DNA of 30,819 nucleotides from a virus (Duplodnaviria; Heunggongvirae; Uroviricota; Caudoviricetes), in the IMG/VR virus record IMGVR_UViG_2740892433_000003; one strand, written 5' to 3'. Position numbers and translations under genes: made by a program. Below the pieces are notes generated by a model. That model searched no databases. It worked only from the letters and a program-made list of their open reading frames with translations, and was not told the DNA's origin. Of this stretch, positions 27,470 through 30,819 are shown in pieces; position 1 is the stretch's first letter, and every line of letters starts with the position of its first letter.

Positions 27470-27690
27470 GCCGTTCTCCGGTAATGTTTGTTTTTTGCTT
27501 CAAAGACTGACTGACAGGAAACACAACGCGTGGCTGACGGATAAGCCGCACGACGGGCAGCAGGTATTGGCGCGTCACACTCTTCGCAAACCAGCGCAGA
27601 AGCACCGCAATGTTTTACCCTTGCCGCGTTAATCTGGCGCTCCAGTAATTCAGCCTGTTGTTCCTGAATAAAATCTACGTTGTCCGGCAT
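27466..27690 (-). CDS. TraR/DksA-family C4 zinc-finger protein (74 aa), P2 orf82 position
   Basis: C-x2-C-x17-C-x2-C motif (CEEC...17 aa...CVSC); ATG at 27690..27688. Confidence 0.75.
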   Translation of the reverse strand: MPDNVDFIQEQQAELLERQINAARVKHCGASALVCEECDAPIPAARRAAYPSATRCVSCQSVFEAKNKHYRRTA

Positions 27691-27992
27691 TACCAGTTCC
27701 TTTTGTCGTTAAGGTTTTTAAATTCATCAGCGCAATAGCTGGCGATTTCTGTCGTTAATTTCGTCAGTTCATCCACGGAGGAGATTTGCTTGTGAAACAC
27801 AGCGCGTTTAACAAGTAAATTGACCACATCAGACAGGAGGTTTAATTCGTTCTGATAAATCGCGATAACAGACTCAGTTATTTCGCGTTTTTCTTTATCA
27901 AGACCAAGTTGAATAAGAGACAAATCGCCATTTTTCATAACGGCGATTTTTAAGGCGTTATTCAGTAATACAACTGAACGAGAACAGGACAT
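27690..27992 (-). CDS. Hypothetical protein (~100 aa), early operon, P2 orf81 position
   Basis: ATG at 27992..27990 overlaps the upstream ORF stop (ATGA); the track start at 27995 is a TTG. Confidence 0.65.
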   Translation of the reverse strand: MSCSRSVVLLNNALKIAVMKNGDLSLIQLGLDKEKREITESVIAIYQNELNLLSDVVNLLVKRAVFHKQISSVDELTKLTTEIASYCADEFKNLNDKRNW

Positions 27993-28216
27993 CAAAGCAC
28001 CTCCCCGCGAGACAATCCGATATTGTGAAATTTTTCCGACTCCTGACTGAGCAGCTCGACTATCTCCACGCGGGATAACTCCGCCTTTGTGATGTGGCGA
28101 ATCATGGCATCAAGATGAGAAGAAAAGCGCGTCGCAGCGTCGGCCTGTGCTTCGGTTCTGGCCTGTTGCAGCAGTAATGCGTATTTACCGCACTGATTTT
28201 CAGAAACTGTATGCAT
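27992..28216 (-). CDS. Hypothetical protein (74 aa), early operon, P2 orf80 position
   Basis: ATG at 28216..28214 with GGAGA RBS 5 nt upstream. Confidence 0.7.
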   Translation of the reverse strand: MHTVSENQCGKYALLLQQARTEAQADAATRFSSHLDAMIRHITKAELSRVEIVELLSQESEKFHNIGLSRGEVL

Positions 28217-28279
28217 GACTTTCTCCAGGCAAAAAGAAGCCCCGCACGATTAAGTGCGTTAAAAACTCTGGTTAATTAT

Positions 28280-28780
28280 TTAATGCAGATATTGCTCTGG
28301 TTTTACCGACGTCAGAATTGTCGGTGCGTACTCAAACAGACTGAATAGTTCACGTAATGCACGGAATAAAGCATCACGCCAGTAACATGACTCTTCATTA
28401 ATTCGCCAGTATGGCTGATTGAATTCTTTTTCAGTCAATCCGGCATGCATAAATAAAGTACGACGCTGACTGACTGTTAAAAAACTAATATATGCATACT
28501 CACTTGCGCCAACCTGACGGCGTTTTGAGAATGCCCCACGCAATTCATCAATTGCACAAACCAGCCGTTCACGTTCGACGTCGTTCATTTCTTCAAAACG
28601 CATCGTTGCGTGACGCTGTTTTAACTGCGCATGGAAGCAAACCGTTAGCCGTTCGCGTTCCATCATCTGATTATAATAATCGCATGTCTCCTGCCAGCGA
28701 GGGACGGCAAGATGCTTACCAATTATCCGGCGCATAGCTGCTGGCTGTTTTTCGACGAGATTAAGCGTCATCACTGTCAT
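28280..28780 (-). CDS. B: Replication protein gpB (helicase-loader-like)
   Basis: 166 aa, P2 gpB length, downstream of cox/orf78 in the early operon. Confidence 0.85.
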   Translation of the reverse strand: MTVMTLNLVEKQPAAMRRIIGKHLAVPRWQETCDYYNQMMERERLTVCFHAQLKQRHATMRFEEMNDVERERLVCAIDELRGAFSKRRQVGASEYAYISFLTVSQRRTLFMHAGLTEKEFNQPYWRINEESCYWRDALFRALRELFSLFEYAPTILTSVKPEQYLH

Positions 28781-29034
28781 TTCCAGACCCTCCGGCTTTT
28801 CAGAAAGGTCAGAGCCTTTTTTAACGGACTCTGTTTTTTGGTACGGATAATGATTCCCTTGCGCCCCTTCCCGTGGGTGATGGTGAAGTCAATCGCCCTG
28901 GGGCTTTCGTTACGCAATAACTGAGCAATACAACGAGGCTCGTTCATCCTTTCCACCTTAAGCCGCACGGCCATGTCTTGATTTGCTGTAACTAATGCGA
29001 TTTTTCCAGTCATGCCATTCTGTCGGAGCTTCAT
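28777..29034 (-). CDS. Hypothetical protein, P2 orf78 position (start uncertain)
   Basis: ORF coupled to B (ATGA overlap at 28777-28780); candidate ATG starts at 29034 (85 aa, overlapping the cox 3' end by 77 nt) or 29013. Confidence 0.45.
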   Translation of the reverse strand: MKLRQNGMTGKIALVTANQDMAVRLKVERMNEPRCIAQLLRNESPRAIDFTITHGKGRKGIIIRTKKQSPLKKALTFLKSRRVWK

Positions 29035-29314
29035 CAACTAGCTGGGCTGCGTACTTGTCCCACTCACGACGATTAATCCATAACTCAGCATGACCGCCCG
29101 GCTTTAATGGGTCCGTCATATAAAAGGCTGGTAACTTGCCTGCTTTCGCCATTTCAGCAACAGCACGAGGCGTCTTACCGATGTAAAGAGCAAAACCCTC
29201 TTTCGAGAGCAAATCCGACGGTGCGGCTGCAAGTTTGATGTCACATTTTTTACTTTTTGTGAGATCAGATACTTTTTCTCCAACATCGTTATTCATTTCT
29301 GATCCAATACTCAT
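28958..29314 (-). CDS. cox: Cox-like excisionase / transcriptional switch protein
   Basis: ATG at 29314..29312 with GAGGAT RBS; helix-turn-helix-like segment FALYIGKTPRAVAEMAKAGKLPAFYMTDP resembling the recalled P2 Cox; divergent from C. 118 aa against 91 aa for P2 Cox, so the N-terminal extent is uncertain. Confidence 0.7.
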   Translation of the reverse strand: MSIGSEMNNDVGEKVSDLTKSKKCDIKLAAAPSDLLSKEGFALYIGKTPRAVAEMAKAGKLPAFYMTDPLKPGGHAELWINRREWDKYAAQLVDEAPTEWHDWKNRISYSKSRHGRAA

Positions 29315-29418
29315 TTTGATATCCTCAACTTTGGTGCCATTCAATCAGAGCTATTTGAAGCCGCTCTGCGTTGTTCTGGCGTGTCGCATACAACATAAAT
29401 TACGAGATACGACAATTC
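29315..29418. promoter_or_regulatory. Immunity switch region between divergent cox and C (expected Pe/Pc promoters and C operators)
   Basis: 104-bp intergenic region between divergently oriented starts; direct 8-mers ATACAACA (29387-29394) and ATACGACA (29406-29413), 19 bp apart, are candidate operator half-sites. Confidence 0.4.
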
Positions 29419-29730
29419 ATGTCAAATACACAAATCACATCTCAAGCAGAGAAACTCGCACTTATTCGGGAATCAGAAAGAATGACAAGGAAGCAAGTTG
29501 CTGAATTAACTGGAATTAACTACAACACCTATGCTGGATATGAGCAGGGAAAAGTAAAGATGTCTTTTGACGCAGGTATGAAATTTTTCAAGCCAGAAAG
29601 ATTTCGCAAGTACCGTGACTGGTTCATGTTTGATGAAACTGATCCCGCTGGCGGACAAATAGCCCCGGCGCTCGCGCACATTGGGCAAGACTCAACAACC
29701 TTGCACCACTCAGACCAAAAGACTGGCTGA
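29419..29730 (+). CDS. C: Immunity repressor C
   Basis: 103 aa from the ATG at 29419 (MSNTQITSQAEKLALIRESERMTRKQVAELTGINYNTYAGYEQGK..., helix-turn-helix); C-terminus ...GQIAPALAHIGQDSTTLHHSDQKTG resembles the recalled P2 C; the track start is a TTG at 29371. Confidence 0.85.
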   Translation: MSNTQITSQAEKLALIRESERMTRKQVAELTGINYNTYAGYEQGKVKMSFDAGMKFFKPERFRKYRDWFMFDETDPAGGQIAPALAHIGQDSTTLHHSDQKTG

Positions 29731-29823
29731 CGATTTATTCAGCATATGTGTGCAGTAAATGTACGAAAGAAAATTGCATTAATTTTCAAGTAGTAGAAGT
29801 AAACAGCGTCATCGGAGGGCTTT

Positions 29824-30819
29824 ATGTCTATTAAAAAGCTCGATGATGGTCGTTATGAAGTGGACGTCAGACCGCAGGGTGCAGATGGAAAACGTATCAG
29901 GCGGAAATTTAAAACTAAAGGTGAAGCTCAAGCATTCGAACGTCATGTCCTGGTTAACTACCACAACAAAGAGTGGTTGGAGAAGCCGGCCGACCGCCGA
30001 ACTCTTACAGAGTTGTTAGGCAGATGGTGGATATATCACGGAAAATCACATGAGCGTGGAGATATTGAACGAGGGCGTTTGACGACAATAATCGCCAAAT
30101 TTGCCGAGATGGGAGTGTCCAGGGCGGACCAGCTAACAAAGAAAACGATAACTGATTATCGCGTTGTAATGATGAACGATGGCCTAAAACCAGCCAGCGT
30201 AAATCGGCATCTGGCAATAATGAGCGGGATGTTCACCAAGTTAATTGACGCCGGTGAATATCACTCTCACAACCCGTTCCGTGAGGTTAAGCGGTTACGT
30301 GAAGCTGTTACGGAAATGGCTTTTTTGTCCAGTGAAGAGATTACGCGGCTGTTATCCATGCTTGATGGTGATGAGTTAAATGCAACTCTGGTCTGCCTTT
30401 CTACTGGTGGACGCTGGAGTGAAGTGTCTAATTTGAAAGCTGAACACATCATTAACCAGATGGTTACGTTTATGAAAACTAAAAACGGAAAGCGCAGGAC
30501 AATTCCCGTTTCGCAGGACCTGATTAAACGGATCAAGACCAAAAATTCAGGCAGGCTTTTTAATGCCAGTTACTACAAAGTGCGCAACGCTCTCAGGGAA
30601 GTAAAACCCGATTTACCTGACGGACAGGCAGTGCATGTTTTGAGGCATACATTTGCCACACATTTTATAATGAATGGAGGTAACATAATCACATTGCAGC
30701 GCATCCTGGGTCATTCTAACATTCAGCAAACTATGACCTACGCACACTTTGCACCGGATTTCTTACAAGATGCTGTGACTCTTAACCCGGTGTCAGGAAT
30801 GTCCATAATGCGTCCATAA
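29824..30819 (+). CDS. int: Tyrosine integrase
   Basis: 331 aa; C-terminal catalytic region with HxLRHT...Y motifs (VLRHTFATHF...MTYAHF); GGAGGG RBS; P2 int position downstream of C. The window ends at its stop codon. Confidence 0.92.
   Translation: MSIKKLDDGRYEVDVRPQGADGKRIRRKFKTKGEAQAFERHVLVNYHNKEWLEKPADRRTLTELLGRWWIYHGKSHERGDIERGRLTTIIAKFAEMGVSRADQLTKKTITDYRVVMMNDGLKPASVNRHLAIMSGMFTKLIDAGEYHSHNPFREVKRLREAVTEMAFLSSEEITRLLSMLDGDELNATLVCLSTGGRWSEVSNLKAEHIINQMVTFMKTKNGKRRTIPVSQDLIKRIKTKNSGRLFNASYYKVRNALREVKPDLPDGQAVHVLRHTFATHFIMNGGNIITLQRILGHSNIQQTMTYAHFAPDFLQDAVTLNPVSGMSIMRP

Larger units (their letters stand above)
1..30819. mobile_element. P2-like (Peduovirus-type) prophage, nearly complete, inverted relative to the standard P2 map; att sites outside the window
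   Basis: Colinear P2 gene order with near-identical protein lengths (ogr-D-U-T-E-FII-FI-[cargo]-G-H-I-J-W-V-S-R-lysCBA-K-Y-X-L-M-N-O / P-Q / cos / [cargo] / A-B-cox / C-int); match to the remembered P2 cos sequence. Confidence 0.93.

Noticed and set aside
1-30819. CRISPR arrays, tRNA or rRNA genes, insertion sequences and prophage att sites
   Set aside because: No spacer-repeat arrays, tRNA-like structures or IS-type inverted repeats with a transposase were seen; the window starts and ends at the ogr and int stop codons, so attL and attR and the integration target lie outside it.

Overview
The whole window is a near-complete P2-like (Peduovirus-type) temperate prophage, read here in inverted orientation relative to the usual P2 map, running from the stop codon of ogr (position 1) to the stop codon of int (position 30819). 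Gene order and gene sizes match P2 almost one-for-one: ogr, D, U, T, E/E+E' (with a -1 frameshift), FII, FI, G, H, I, J, W, V, S, R, lysC/lysB/lysA, K, Y, X, L, M, N, O on the minus strand; P and Q on the plus strand; then a cos site, replication genes (A, four small ORFs, B), cox, the C repressor and int. Attachment sites lie outside the window. Two loci break the P2 backbone and are strongly AT-rich against a ~50-55% GC backbone, at the two positions where P2-like phages carry variable anti-phage cargo. (1) Between cos and gene A, in the place of P2 tin/old, sits a single 783-aa gene (22317..24668, minus strand) encoding a Rad50-like split ABC ATPase with a long coiled coil, a CPFC hook motif at its midpoint and an extra ~140-aa C-terminal domain. 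This architecture matches RloC/PrrC-type anticodon nucleases and is the best candidate for a defence system here. (2) Between G and FI, in the place of P2 Z/fun, sits a single 197-aa membrane-anchored protein (6933..7526, minus strand) of unknown function, a candidate exclusion or abortive-infection factor. All identifications rest on reading the translated ORFs, motifs and remembered P2 biology; no database search or computation was run.
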